Below, piece by piece: positions 1 through 15,701 of a stretch of 64,000 nucleotides of DNA. Within the stretch, counting starts at the first letter, position 1; every line of letters starts with the position of its first letter. Under the pieces are notes generated by a model. That model worked only from the letters and a program-made list of their open reading frames with translations. It searched no databases and was not told the DNA's origin. This DNA is from Eledone cirrhosa. Lineage: Eukaryota. The stretch is taken from contig OZ024742.1 in the NCBI GenBank assembly GCA_964016885.1, forward strand, positions 336,288,001 through 336,352,000, in the 5' to 3' direction. Position numbers and translations under genes: made by a program.

Positions 1-165
1 AGGTGTCCAAATATCACCCTCCACACCAAGCAAGCTTTATGGGGTTGCCGCTTTAATCGTCGACGACCCGACCATGAGACAGGTTGTACTGGTTACATGA
101 TACCAGTAGCACTCGAGAGTGACCTGACATACATACATACATACATACATACATACATACATACA

Positions 166-196
<31 letters not shown>

Positions 197-458
197 CCTA
201 TTATGCAATAAGCTACATGTCAATCTATTGGTAAAATTTGACAATCTTCCTGTCAGATTACTGTGTAAATTTTTCGCTTCATTAAAAAGTTAAAAAATAC
301 AGAACACAGTTCGATAATGATAAAATACCATTTTATATTTTCGTAATTAATTTTTTTTTTTATTATTTATCTTAATTTGTTATCTCAACCGATATTTGTA
401 ATCAACATGAAAAGAATAAAAAGAATGTTAGAAATAAAATGAATAAAGATGAAAAATT

Positions 459-610
<152 letters not shown>

Positions 611-1320
611 AAAATGCTGGCTCATTTCTTCTTCAATTTTCTTATCTATTTTCAAATTAATTTACTAGCTTTCATATTTCCCAATTTATATATTTACTTC
701 AAACGTGTGAAAAGCTTCTGTTCAAATGAAAATGTTTGTTGGTAATTTGTCGTCCCTGTCGTTATGGTTGTTGTTGTTGTTAGTGTTGTTGTTGTTGTTG
801 TTGTTGTTGTTAGTGGTGGAGGTGATGTATTTGTTTGCTTTTCCTTCCCAAAATTTTCATTTGTTCTCAATGATTAAGATAGCGGTTATATGAAAAACAT
901 ATAAATCTGTCATATTTTAATCATTGAACTTCATTTGCTGCCATTTCATTTACAAGGAAAAGTAAAGCAAACAAAAATCTCTGATGCCTTCTTTTCCTTT
1001 CTACTACTGTTGTTGTTGTTGTTGCTTTTGATATTTCTGTTCATCGTTAAGGTGTTGTTTGATGGAGACCGACTTCATAATTTCTAGTACGTCGAGTGAA
1101 CACGTGTAGGACTCATTGTTCGCTGTTCGTTATGCAATAGTATGTTTTGTTTGTTTTTGTTTCTGTTAATGCGGCTATTGTTTGTCTAGACACAAGGCTA
1201 GCCATGAATCAGCAGAGCTCTTAGCAGACGAGTTCAAGCCTTGAACTTTCTGTCTTTTACTTTCAGTCAAAGACGCGCTGTCTCTCTGACAAAACTGTAA
1301 AACACACATACACACGCAAT

Positions 1321-1472
1321 CTTCTTCTTCTTCTTCTTCTTCTTCTTCTTCTTCTTCTTCTTCTTCTTCTTCTTCTTCTTCTTCTTCTTCTTCTTCTTCT
1401 TCTTCTTCTTCTTCTTCTTCTTCTTCTTCTTCTTCTTCTTCTTCTTCTTCTTCTTCTTCTTCTTCTTCTTCT
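1321..1472. repeat. (CTT)n microsatellite
   Basis: Perfect trinucleotide run. Confidence 0.98.
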
Positions 1473-3745
1473 AATATTATGGTGTGATTTAAAGATATAA
1501 ATTTATTCTTTCACTTGTTTCGGTCAATAGACTGCGGCCATGCTGGGACACCGCCTTGAATTAGACAATCATACCGACCCCAGTATTTTCTTTTCAAGAT
1601 ATTATTGAAACAATCAATATCACAACGTAAGTGCACCAATAATCACCACGACAAATGTAAATATATAAGCTTTCGAAAGCAGTCGACTATAAAGGTTCCT
1701 TTTTTTCATTAATTTTAAATGACGAATTCACATCTGCCGGGCAGCAGATCCTCTACAACAGTGAATAGTCGTTTTACTTTTGTTTATTAAATGTTCTGTC
1801 CCAACCAACTATATCAGATTATGAGTCAATATATCCAGGAATTTAAGAAGCATTATATAAAAACTGGACATATTGTTACCCATTTGAAAGTCGAGTTAAA
1901 ATATTTGAAGACACGTTATTTTAGTAATGGACATAACATTATCTAATGTTCTTTTGAAAATAGAGGGAAGTGATTTGAGCCCCAGGCTAAGCTAGCTCCG
2001 GTCGACTGTACATTAAATGGACCCCTATTTAGAGTTATCGATTCTTTGATGTCGACAGGCTAGGATGGTTTTCGGCCTGCATTGAGTCAGGAGGAGGAAT
2101 GGAGCACGAGGTTAGCAACCTTCAATCAAAGTTGCTATAGAAAATATGAGAATCGGCGAGTGTTCACTAGGGAGACAAATAAACTAAAGAGGAAGAAGAA
2201 GAATTGCGTGAGTGTGTTTTACAGTTTAACCAGAGATATAAGAGAAATGCTCATGACCCTTTATAAGCCTTCCGAGCTAGGTGGAAGTGAGGTATTAAGG
2301 TATCCTCAGATGGAAGAGCTGGTCCAAATGCTTGCAAGATTGAACTTTAATAAATGCACCGGAAAACCAGGGGATGGCATTAAACCAGGGAGGGTATTAA
2401 ACCACGCTATGGATTAAATCTACCATCGAAGGTGTGTGTGTGTGGGGGGGGGGGGGGAGAATGTTGCATGTGTTTCATTTTTATCGCCACAGACACACAC
2501 CATCTATGAAAAATTGTTAAAAATAAAAGATACATCAGAAGTATTGACTTATACATGAGAAAAAGTCGTTAGAAATAGCAGCCAAATACCCCTCAGAGTT
2601 CACTTTAAATGTATGAGAAGAACTAGTTATATAAAACCATGACATGGTCACAGCTGAAACAGTTCACCTTATGTCTTACTGCATCAAGTTTGAACGAAGC
2701 TAAATGACAACAGTAACAAGAGCAATCACAACAACAACGACAAAAACAACAGCAATAAGAAGGACAATAGAAACAACCTCAGTAATGATAAAACTGACAA
2801 CTAAAACAACAGCAAGGACATCAACTGTATTTTTCCTGTATTGATATTTTACTTTTGTTGTCCTCGTGGCGTCATATTTGTAGAGTAGTAATGCACGTCG
2901 AATTAAAGGCATCGTATTTGTTCCACCTCATTATGCTCTCAGTTCAAATCCAATCAATCTCAACTTCTATTATTTCGGTTTTGATAAATATAGTACCAGT
3001 TCAATCGTTGGTCGATTGGCAATGGAAAGACCAATGAAACAGTGTTTCCTTGACCATCGTGTCTGCCGATCGGCCTCTTTCCTTTTGCTGTCTTTAACTA
3101 CTTCTATTCCATCAATTCCACCAGAGAGTGAGAGCACAAACTATCCTGCAAATAGAGAATGTATCTCCCCCTTTTGGGTGAAGTCGCTAACAATTGCCGC
3201 CAGTTTTCTGTTTCCCTTTTCTAACAAAGAGGCATTTAAAAAAAACTTTGGAGTTGTTTGTGTCTGACAAGTTACTTGATGTGAAACCGTGTGTTGGAAC
3301 TAAAACATTTACATCATGAAAGTCATTTTAGCTATTTTTAAATTAAATAAATAAAAACACAGAAAATGTTAACATCACTTTATATGTATCATTTATTTCC
3401 AAATGACACTTTTTATCGCACTATTTTAGTTGATTGTGTGTTTTTTAATGGCTAAAATTACTCTTCTACAAGAGAATGTATCTCCCCCTTTTGGGGGAGA
3501 TACATTCTCTTAGCACCTTTTTCTAAAATTACTCGTAGCTGCTTTTCTACTTTTAACAATCTTATTGTTAAATGACCTTATTATCTGAACATAATCCTCC
3601 AAGATGATTATGCTTAGTTGACAAGTTTTGATAAGATCAAAATATATCTTACAGTCACCTTATCTGTCCACAAATATCGGATTTTTCTATCAAAGCAAGC
3701 CTGAAAATTCACTTTCCTGTGTAATTAATTCTGAATTTATTAATA

Positions 3746-4106
3746 TCTATATATCTAAAACACAGAATGTCTGTCTGTCCATCTGTCTGTCTGTCTGACT
3801 CCCTAAAACTCGAGAACTACCCAACCGATTGTTTTCAAACTTTACACATGTAATACTTATTGTTGTGTGAGTGTTTTGAGCACAAGGTATTTCAAATTTT
3901 CAATGCTCTAGGGACCGCATTAGGCGATTTAGCGATCTCTCTATAATTCATAGTCTGTCTTTTTAGATAGATACATAGCTACGACGTCGCGCCCTTATAA
4001 TATCTGTCTGTGTGTCTGGCTGTCTGCATTACGACATTATGACGCTATCTGTGTGTGTGTGTGTGTATATATGTATATATATAGTGTGTATATATATGTA
4101 TATATA

Positions 4107-4137
<31 letters not shown>

Positions 4138-4252
4138 GTGTGTAACGTTTTTCGAAATATTTACTTCTGCGTTCACAGATTGATTTTTTTAGTTTCAGAA
4201 GATCCCGTTAAGGGTGAAAGCAGCGATTCTTTGCTTAAACTTTAATCTGTTA

Positions 4253-4310
<58 letters not shown>

Positions 4311-4521
4311 TATATTCGTGTACAGATATTTTTGTATACACAATAATAAAATATAAACAAACGTATTTATTTCACGAGGCTCGACAGCAGCAAAAACACT
4401 TCACTTTTTATTAGGACTTCTGCATCAATTGGTGAACATACGACGAAATTGTTTCAGAAAGGAGGGATAAACGTGCCAATCTATGTTTAGAATCCCGAGC
4501 AACGCCGGGCCATTCTGCTAG
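3746..4521 (+). mobile_element. Non-autonomous Helitron
   Basis: A|TCTATATATCTAAAA start, (CTGT)n near the 5' end, subterminal hairpin CCCG-AGCAACGC-CGGG, CTAG|T end. No TSD. Confidence 0.85.
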
Positions 4522-5040
4522 TTATCTACTATTTTTCATTAAAAATCACCTGGAATTGCCACAATTTTTGTGTTTTCTTTCTCCAACTGAGGGGCCAGTT
4601 CCCATTTATTGAGAAATTTTACGTACGTCATTCAGTGCATCACCCCCCCCCCCCATCCGAATTATTCACTGTGAGGCATGTACCTCACCTCAGTTCTCAA
4701 CAGTGTACTAAGGCTGTTTCGTTAGATCTCTAGTAATAATATTCTTCAGTAGGTTTTTAATATTGAACAGATCGAAAATCGATATTAATTTCCATTCGAT
4801 TTCAAACGATATCTAAAAGCTAAGTCTTTGAAATGATCGTTTTACGCGAGCACATTCGCTCCAGATGTCACACACACATACAGACGCACACGCACGCACA
4901 CACACACGCACACATATACACACGCGCGCACGCACACGCACGCACACACACACACATACATTCACTTCTGGGTGACAACGTGTTCAGATTTAAATGTGTA
5001 ACTGTGAATGATAAATAGATAGAAGGAGAGGGATAGATAG

Positions 5041-5975
5041 ATAGATATATTTCTTTATTTGCCACAAGGGCGCACAAGAAAAGGGGACAAAACAAAGACA
5101 CATGCCGGGGATTTTACATACAATCGTGTAAAAAAAATATGAAACAAGCAATTATAACAATCGAAATCCCCAATAGGGGGGAGGCGCCACAAATGGGTTG
5201 TTTATTACCCCGTCGATAGAACAAACCTCAACTTCAGGAGCGTGTTGTGCAAGTGCTCCTTTCTTCCTCCTGTTCTCTTCTTCAACCTACAGGTTTATAT
5301 ACAGAGAAGGCCCAATCACTCGGGCCATTTTTGCTACATTCACCCACCTTTCAGTAAATTTACTGGGGCGCAGTGCCTCTCTATCCACCCTGATTCTCCT
5401 TCTAAAGTGGTATCTAAAGAAGAGAATGAGTTGTTGTCCGGAGAGAAAGGCATCTGTCCTCAGCCCTCTCAATCTCGTCCACCATATAACCTCTTTCACC
5501 ATAGACACCGTACAGAGGAAAACCGCCTCTCTTTCGTTTTTGAAAGAAGTTGGCGGTTTGATCCTTACTATGGACTCGACAGTCAACTGGATTTGTCCCA
5601 TACGCGACAGTAGTTGTTCCGCGTAGTTCCACAGGTCGGTTACGCCCGGGCAGTGTACAATTGCGTGCAGGACAGTTTCAATGTCCTGCGCGCACCTTGG
5701 ACACGTCCTCTTGGAAGGATCCCTGCTGGGGCGTCCGTGCCTGTAGATCTTGTCACGAACCGGTAGAGCTCCTCGGTAGCACTGCCAGGCCAGAGACCTC
5801 TGGAAGTTGTCCATGGGTCCCGGGCGGAAAGTCCTACCAAACAGACTGGTGAGTTCGTCGTCTTCGACGCCTAGAGTCTCTCCAAGCACATCGCCACCCT
5901 TATGACGTACTAACCCTCTATAGAAATATCGAAGTGGAGTCTCCACTGATTGCCGTGCCCGCTTGACAGAGGACT

Positions 5976-5978
<3 letters not shown>
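5041..5978 (-). mobile_element. 5'-truncated copy of the Tx1-like LINE (C-terminal zinc-binding region and 3' UTR)
   Basis: ORF 5287-5946 (FYRGLVR..TFRPGPMDNFQRSLAWQCYRG..CPRC..ETVLHAIVHC..GPSLYINL) aligns with 58460-59109. Same AATAAAGAAAT(TATC)n tail. Confidence 0.92.
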
Positions 5979-6038
<60 letters not shown>

Positions 6039-6292
6039 GACTTGTGTATGCGTGTGTCTGTTTTCATCTATATATATAAGTAGTGTTGAATGATTCCATA
6101 CAACAGATAAAGGAAAAAGAGCGCTCTATGCAGTATAGAGAATGGGAATATATTTGTTTTCAACACAGTTTCTTTGCTACCATTGGTTTCCAATCCCGTA
6201 TGTGGCTTAGATTGTGCGTTTTCACTTCCTCGTGCGAGGTATTCATTCAGTCAGGCAACTATGAAACAGAGATGGCTGACGTTATTTATATG

Positions 6293-6502
6293 GTTTCTTA
6301 TATAGGCACAAGGCCAGCAATTTTAGGGAAAAGAAAGTCGATTAAATCGACCCCAGTACGTTACTGGTGCTTTATTTTATCGACCCGTAAGGATGAAAGG
6401 CAAAGTTAATCTCGGTGGGATTTGAACTCAGACCGTAAAGGACCGTAACTCTATGCTTCAAAGCATGGACTCTCTACCGATACTGCCAATCCACCGCCCT
6501 TG
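6293..6502 (-). mobile_element. tRNA-derived SINE
   Basis: Reverse complement of the 12180 family. Confidence 0.8.
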
Positions 6503-6903
6503 CTGATGTTATTTATATAAGATCTCGTTCCTTGAAAGGGGATACATCTATGCCTTAATTTTTTTTCTTATACAGGGGGAAGTACTTTTGCTAATTTTGT
6601 TCTTATTAAGCAAATTATTATATTAAGTTGTGTTTGAGAAACCTAATAAATGTATATGTGTATACAAATATATGTGTCCTGGTGTGTGGTGATTTAAGGG
6701 GGTTGTAGGTTTGGGATATTACTGACCGATGCTGCAAGCAGGTGTGTGTTCCACTGCGGGCATTTTCTAAACACCGCAGTTTTACAGTTCAGTCATCTTT
6801 GTTTTATAGTTGCCTGAATGTCTCACATGCGGAAGTACAACCACACCCCAATCTAAGCAACATCCACTGATAGCTACGAAAATGTGCTGAAAACAAATAT
6901 ACT

Positions 6904-6983
<80 letters not shown>

Positions 6984-8286
6984 CCTTTATTTCTTTATTT
7001 TGTATATACTTCTATATGAGTGTCAGCACCAATACATATACATACATACATACATACATACATACATACATACATGCATGCATGAATGCATGCATACATA
7101 CATACATACATACATACATACATACATACATGCATACATACATACATACATACATACATACATACATACATACAATGATTGTAGATACATATCTAAGGAT
7201 GCCTGCTACTTAAGTGGACGATAGCATTATTGATGTAGTAAGCCCCAATGATATAATCAATTAAAATGGGAACATTTCTTTGAATAGAGAAGTCAAACGC
7301 GAGGAAGAGCAAGCATGAACGATATATAAGTTGACGTGGGCGTGCTCACCTCCGCTAACCTTGAAAGGTGCAGCGGAGCGCCGAAAACCTTTCCTTAATT
7401 TACAACTACCCATGGGGGCTTTGTTATTAAAACTTCCAGTAAACCTGGATAATCATCGCCAATGTAACTCAGTTTCATCGCGGTTATACACCTTGCAAAT
7501 TATGAGCTCTTCATACTAATTCTTAATTAAATAATTTAATCTCTTCCTGGATAGTTTGATTTCTTCTCTTGTTATGCTGCCTACTTCAACGTGGATAATT
7601 TTATGAGCCATTCCAAAGTGACTTTTAAATCACATGAACCATTTATCAAAAACGTATTGATGTCCAAATACCTAGCTGGCTTGACAGAGAGAGTTTAAAA
7701 GTTTTACTCCACGGATGTTGTTACTACAGGATCATTGATTGATAACCCCCCTCCCCTCTATTCCATTGCCTTCTCAAGGTTTATAGCTTTTGCAACTCTC
7801 ATACGCTTTAATATGTCACTCTGGTGTTATAATCTATGCAGTTCATCGATCCATTGCTCCCATTTGCCTTCTTTCTTTAATCTGCCATCATAGCTATATT
7901 TCAATATCTAGTTACAAGTGGCCTCCACAGATGATCATTTATTATTGGCATCAATATTATATTTCAAAAAAGTTGCTGCGTGAATCGCCAAAATTGTTTG
8001 TTATCATTATACTCGTCCAAAATGCCATTGAAAACATGGCACCATAGAAGGGAGTGGCAAACAGGGAAGTATTACGTAGAATCCCTCGTCACGAATGATA
8101 CAAAATTTAGGCAACGTTGAACTGTCCTTATCTTTGTTTACAGGTGCAAAATTTCAGCCATATTATACCATGATAATGCGGAAATAGATTAATGAAGAAA
8201 AGAGCTTTAGATGATAAATTTTCAATGAATTTATGCAACTTCTCATCATGAAAACGTAATGTATATTAGAGAGGAGTGTGGCTGCG

Positions 8287-8383
<97 letters not shown>

Positions 8384-8821
8384 CATATATATATATATTA
8401 GAAAAAGTTGGAAATAAAGGGGTGAATGAATCGAAATATTAGTCAAGAGGCTAGTTAATTAACGGGATGTGCCGGATTGTTAGAAAGAACGAGTATATTT
8501 CTGAGACGCGAGTAAAAGGAAGAAAATATATACATGATGTGAACTACTGAATATTCGTTCACGAATTTCTGCATATGGCTTATCACCACCAAAACGTTGT
8601 GTTTATTAGAGGGATATGTGAAAGAGAATAAAGAAAGAGCCTTATATAATTATCATGTTGGGATTATGTAGAAAGAGGTAAGAAAAATAGCGTCAAATCA
8701 ATTCGAAACGTTGGAGAATTACGATATTTGTTAGAGAGACAGAGTGCTGAAACCAGAAAAAGAGGAGAATAGATAGACACAGTCAAACACACACACACAC
8801 ACACATATAATATATATATAT

Positions 8822-8892
<71 letters not shown>

Positions 8893-8916
8893 CTCTCTCT
8901 CTCTGCATATATATAT

Positions 8917-9060
8917 AACAAAGGAATTGTGGTAAGGAACCAGATGGACCATAACGCACCAGAGTACTCAATACTTAGGGTAGTAGAGTGGGAAATAGGA
9001 AAAAGTATGACCTCCGACGGCAGAGCTCAAGCCGTTTCGACGGCTATTTCTGGACTCAGA
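8917..9060 (-). mobile_element. Family A repeat (single arm, abuts the Tx1 fragment)
   Basis: Reverse complement of 17775-17910. Confidence 0.85.
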
Positions 9061-9061
9061 T

Positions 9062-9431
9062 TTAACAATGATAAATAACAATAAACTATATAAACATAAA
9101 ACAATTGAAATCCCCATTAGGGGGGGGGGGGTAACGCTACTGCGGGGTTGTGTTACACCCTGTGGATAGAATAACCCTCAACACCAGGAACACGTTTTGT
9201 AGGTGTGTTCCTGTCTTCCCTCTGTTTGTCTTCCTCAACCTACAGGTTTATATACAGAGAAGGCCCATTCACCCCGGGCCATTTTTGCCACATTCACCCA
9301 CCTTTCAGCGAATTTACTGGGCTGTAGCACCTCTCTCTCCACTCTCACCCTTCCTTCTGAAGTGGTACTTAAAGAAGGGGATGAGTTGTTGTCCGGAGAG
9401 AAAGGTGCTTGCCCTCAGTCCTTTTAACCTT
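9062..9431 (-). mobile_element. Short 3' fragment of the Tx1-like LINE family
   Basis: Nucleotide similarity to 5140-5475 (ttcctcaacctacaggtttatatacagagaaggccca...gagttgttgtccggagagaaagg). Confidence 0.85.
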
Positions 9432-9450
9432 GATAGATAGATAGATAGAT

Positions 9451-9549
<99 letters not shown>

Positions 9550-10024
9550 TAGACAGATAGATACATATATAGATAGATAGATAGATCGACAGATAGATAT
9601 GTTTCTTTATTTCGACACAGATAGATAAATAGATATCATTATTGTTTTTCCACCTTTCCATATTGACATGGAAAGCAGGCGTAACACCGATGATCATATA
9701 TACTTCTCCTTATCTTCTTTTTCGTCTTGACTTTTACTCTCATCTTTAAATCTTGTCATCTCCATCTTAACCTTCCCTGCTAAACTCGCCACATTGTAGC
9801 ATAGCATATAGAGGGGGTCTCTATCTTGTATTGAAGGCAGTTCCGATGCCTTACACAGTTGTGCTGCATGTTATCGAGCTATTGCGCAACTTCCTGTCGG
9901 AAACGTTAAGACTCCTTTCCTACTTATATATTTCTTCATTTTACTTTCTTGTTTCCGATTACCTTTCGTATACGTATACGTATGTGTGTATGTATATATA
10001 TATAATATATATATTAAACATTTT

Positions 10025-10132
<108 letters not shown>

Positions 10133-10174
10133 TGTGCGTATGTGTGTATATATATATATATAAATATATATATG

Positions 10175-10211
<37 letters not shown>

Positions 10212-10255
10212 TTATATATGTATATATGTGTGTGTGTGTGTACATCTTGTGTGTA

Positions 10256-10311
<56 letters not shown>

Positions 10312-10404
10312 AATGCACCAGTCACCCCATTCCAAATCGGTGAATACCAGCTGTCCTTTTCATTACTCTCCTAATATATATTAAATCATTATATGTATAT
10401 AAAC

Positions 10405-10527
<123 letters not shown>

Positions 10528-10956
10528 CAAGATGACGCCACCTGGTTTTTGACTTTAGAAACAGTCTATTAACTGCCCTTAGTTCTGACGTCATTAGCTA
10601 AAGACTTCCTCTCTTCGACTTTGGCCCTTGAGACCAGACGTATTTACTGGCACCTAACATCTATATTGCACCATGCGGTCAACGAGACATTTAAACACAT
10701 CCACTTCATGATAATAACTGACACAAAATCAAGGAGCAACAGATATAGTAACCTGTCTTGTTTATTTCACTGATTAAAAATGCTTATGTATATATAATCA
10801 TTGAGGTATGTCCCTTTTTAATCGTTTGTTACACATACACCTACAACAACCTATAGATGAGATGTTCATTCAGCCAAGCTAGGGAAATGAACTACCCCTC
10901 TAAATTGTTGAACAACGCATCTTCTAAAGTGGTGACTATCTCCTCTAAATATACAG

Positions 10957-10989
<33 letters not shown>

Positions 10990-11436
10990 CTAGACCTGAA
11001 AAATGCGCAAGCTCAAAAGAGCCACAGAATGTTATAATAAACCTTCAAAAGTGTGGGACTAGAGTTGTTGCTCAAAAATATTGTAATCATTATCTATCGT
11101 ACACTCTGTGGCATCCTTTTATAAAAAAGAGACTCATAACGAACTCAAGACGACATGATAATTATTTAAGCTAATGTTCAATATCTCATACTAGATGTTT
11201 AGTAATGATTAATACGAAATGCACTTAAACCGAATTCTTTATTATAAATTCACTTAAATAATTAGCGTGTCGTCTTGAGTTCGTTATGAGTCTCTTTTTT
11301 TTTATAAAAGGATGCCACAGAGTGTACGATAGATAATGATTACAATATTTTTGAGCAACAACTCTAGTTCCATACTTTTGAAGGTTTATTATAACATTCT
11401 GTCGCTCTTTTGAGCTTGCGCATTTTTCAGGTCTAG
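10990..11436. mobile_element. MITE-like element with long terminal inverted repeats
   Basis: Arms of about 180 bp (10990-11170 and 11253-11436), symmetric ends CTAGACCTG...CAGGTCTAG, spacer of about 80 bp. No clear TSD. Confidence 0.75.
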
Positions 11437-12179
11437 TTTAATATTTTTTAAGGCAACGCTTATAATAACTCTAGTTAAACATGATATATATTAATAATGA
11501 ATTATCGTTGTAATGTAATTAGATTATATAATTGTTATTTTATAAATGATCTTAAATATTATTGTAAGATGTATAAAAATATTTTCAGACTTTTAATATA
11601 AACAACTACATAAAACAATCAATATTAAATAAATATATTTTACATAATAATTGTTATAGTTGAATTAATAAAAATTAAATATTACATACAAATAGTCTAA
11701 CATAATAAAAAAAATAATCTAACATAATAATAATAAAATAATCTAACATAAAACGAACAATAATATGGGCATATATACAAGTAAATATGATACAACCAAT
11801 ATTCTAAGCATGTTATAACGAACTGAAAAAAAAGTAGTTAATTCATATATAAATTAACAATATAACTTACCAAATCGAGAAAAATATTTTGATGATAAAA
11901 CGACAAAATACAGGAGAGAGATTCGAAAACGAAACGATAAACAAACGTGCAAACAAAACGCTTTTGAGCAACAATTACTCTCGTTGGTTGATTAGCCAAT
12001 AAGACGATGAAATTAGCCAATAAGACGATACATTACAAAACATGTTTGGAAGAAATCGCCACGGCCAGCGATACCCCTTGAATCTTTTATTCACAAGCTA
12101 CGCATATATTGTCAGATTAAAACATTCTGTTAGTCACTGCGTGTCTAACAGATACAAATTTAATTATTATGAAGCCTGA

Positions 12180-12368
12180 AGGGGCGGTGGATTGGTAGTA
12201 TTGGTAGGGGGTCGGACGCCATGCTTTGACGCATAGAGTTACGGCCCTTGCCATTCTGAATTCAAATCCCGCCAAGGTTAACTTTGCCTTTCATCCATAT
12301 GGGGTCGATAAAATAAAGTACCAGTAATACCCTGGGTAATTTGCTGGTCTTGTGCCAAAAGTAGAAAC
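12180..12368 (+). mobile_element. tRNA-derived SINE with target site duplication
   Basis: GGCGGTGGATTGG head, B-box-like ATTCAAATCC, central TTTGCCTTTCATCC..GGGGTCGATAAAATAAAGTACC. 18-bp TSD AATTATTATGAAGCCTGA. Confidence 0.85.
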
Positions 12369-12426
12369 AATTATTATGAAGCCTGATTTCTAATTAGGTT
12401 ACAATTGTGGGTAAGTAGGTATATAG

Positions 12427-12534
<108 letters not shown>

Positions 12535-13020
12535 TATCTCTCTCTCTCTCACACACACACACACACGCCAAGATACACATACACGTATCTTTAGATATAA
12601 TATATGAAAGTACACACGCATGCACACATGCATGTACACTTGCAGGTTTGATGTTTTAGGGACCGGAATGGTTTAGCAAGAGGAGTGGTGAAATATGGTA
12701 AGAAAGAAATGACACGATGCCAAGAAGGAGAAACGGTAAAACGTTGAAGAGGAAGGTAAATAATTACAGTACTATAGATAATTACATATTGACATACAGC
12801 TGCGAAGTAGGGCGGTGGATAGGAGCAATGCATCACAGAAGCACAAAGATTATGCCGCGGCGATGATAGATTACAGTATTGTGAGTGGATAGAGGAGGAC
12901 AGATAGGTGGATAAAATATCTAGATTCTGTTGCGATAACAGATTATTAAAGTATTATAGGTCAAATGCAAAAACCGCAGAAGATGAGGTGAGAACATAGA
13001 TGCAAGCACATAACACCCAT

Positions 13021-13138
<118 letters not shown>

Positions 13139-13250
13139 GGATTCACATATATATAGTGACGCAAATTCTCAAGTATATTTCCTTACTCTTATATTCTTTT
13201 ATTTGAAAACATAAAAGGCCTAACGGAATTCTTAGCATTGGTTTGAATAG

Positions 13251-13296
<46 letters not shown>

Positions 13297-14023
13297 TAGA
13301 ATATGTGTTTAAAATACCGTCGTATTCATAACTTTCAAAGATTAACTCATTACAGTAGAAATTTAAGTTCTAATGATAAAATTACCAGTGACTTCGAAAT
13401 TTCAGCTTGACCGTTTCATCTGGCCACCATGTATTGCGGGTAGTGTAGTAGGAGTTGCAAAATGGTTTGATGAAGTTGAACGACTGGTTTGTTGGTCGAG
13501 TCGATGGCAGATGAGTGAAGTGTGTCTCATTGAGTCGAGAGAATTGTTGCTGTGAAGTCATGCCATTGTTGATGTAACCAGTAGTTGTAGTGTCTTGTGG
13601 TGATGATATGATGTAGCCGGAAAACGATTTCCCTAATCACATTGATATGAAGTTACAAATGAATAAGAAATCACTAATTTTTATGTTTTTATTGCCTGCG
13701 TGTTTTACTCCCAAATCATGTGCAGTATTGAACAAATGGAAAGGTCTTTCAATATGGTACCATGTATGTTTGTGATGTATTTAAGTTGGTTAACTTTGCG
13801 TATGTTAATGTAGAATCTAAAAGTAGGGAATGTTACTAACCTCTTGTTGATGTGGGTGTGCATGGCCAGTACAACTGACCACATAAGTTGGAACTGCCTG
13901 GAAAGAGCGAAGAAGGAGGCTGCTTTTTCAAGATTTCTTGTATTTATAAGGCTGGCTCCCTAGAAAACTTTAAACAGGTGGCCTTTGATAATTTCCTTTT
14001 AAGCAAAGGCCGTAAATCTAAAC

Positions 14024-14171
14024 CAGTCATGGGCAAAGTACGGTCACTTTGGATTTCTGAATGGCACGCTTCATTTCAAGATTGTCTTGACTTTTATTTA
14101 GTAGTGTTGCCCGCCTTATGATGAGCAACATCCTATGCGGCTCACTGCTCAATAAATGTTGCCCATGTCTG
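14024..14171. mobile_element. hAT-type MITE
   Basis: TIRs CAGTCATGGGCAA / TTGCCCATGTCTG, and a perfect 8-bp TSD ATCTAAAC (14016-14023, 14172-14179). Confidence 0.85.
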
Positions 14172-15095
14172 ATCTAAACGACGGCAGTGTTAGCTCAAAG
14201 AAATTCGTATCTAAGTTTGGCTGACTGAGGTTAAAGGTCTGTGTGTTGATATGCGACAGTTTGAGAACATAAGTAGTTTTGCTAGAAACAAAGAACATTT
14301 GTTACATTATAAAAACTCTTTACTATATGTGAAATTGAAAAAAGTTATTCTTGAGCACAAGTTATTTTTATTTTTTTCCTTTGACAAGCAGATTACGAAT
14401 TAAACAAACTGTGTTTGTCTGTATTTTCTTTTTAATAGTTCGGCAAAAATACCTGACACTCAAAATTCCTTCAACACACATAAATAGCGCATAATTCCTT
14501 TCTCTTCGCTTATGTTAGGTTGTTGTCGATCGCTACTGGTAACGTGTAACCCAGTACAACCTGTCACATGGTAGGTCATTGGCAATTAAACGGCAACACA
14601 ACCAAGCTTTATTGGTGAGGAGGGTGGTTTTGGGATATTCTGTGGGTTGTAAAACAAAACTGGTCAGGAGACTAAACGGCCAAGGTCGGAAGTTTAGAAA
14701 CAAAATCATTGATTTCAAAACTGGGGTAGATGGGACGTGTTAGTCACCTTGACGACAACATTTCACGTGACCAACGGCTTTATTCATGTAATGAGAGCAG
14801 ATGAACTGCGACTTGGTAGCCATCTTCCGAGGAATGGTCAAACGAGGATTCTGCACCCACTCACGTCAATTTTTTCCGATGAGAATCATGGACTAACAGC
14901 ATCATATAGATGAGAGTTGTTGCAATTGACCATGGTTTCTGGTCCCTCGGCAGTAAAAACGGGAAGAGACCAGACTTACCTATATTTTACATTTGTCATT
15001 CTTTTAGTCAAATCAAATTAGTAAGTTAATATACTTCACAAAGGAAATCTAATGAGATCAAACCACACGTCTGTTGCTTTCCTCAAGTTGAACTG

Positions 15096-15242
<147 letters not shown>

Positions 15243-15282
15243 ATGAAAAATTTGAACAGGGACAGAACAGAGAGGCAGTACA

Positions 15283-15701
<419 letters not shown>

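Noticed and set aside
2082-2417. 111-aa ORF here and 139-aa ORF at 27364-27783
   Set aside because: Non-ATG starts and no recognisable motifs. Probably decayed TE sequence that cannot be assigned.
3471-3511. Hairpin agagaatgtatctccccc-tttt-gggggagatacattctct
   Set aside because: Real, with a partial copy at 3154-3177, but an isolated short fold-back with no evidence for a terminator or miRNA function.
8144-8255. Acceptor and donor pair on the plus strand
   Set aside because: All three frames contain stops. It could only be a non-coding exon, which is unsupported.
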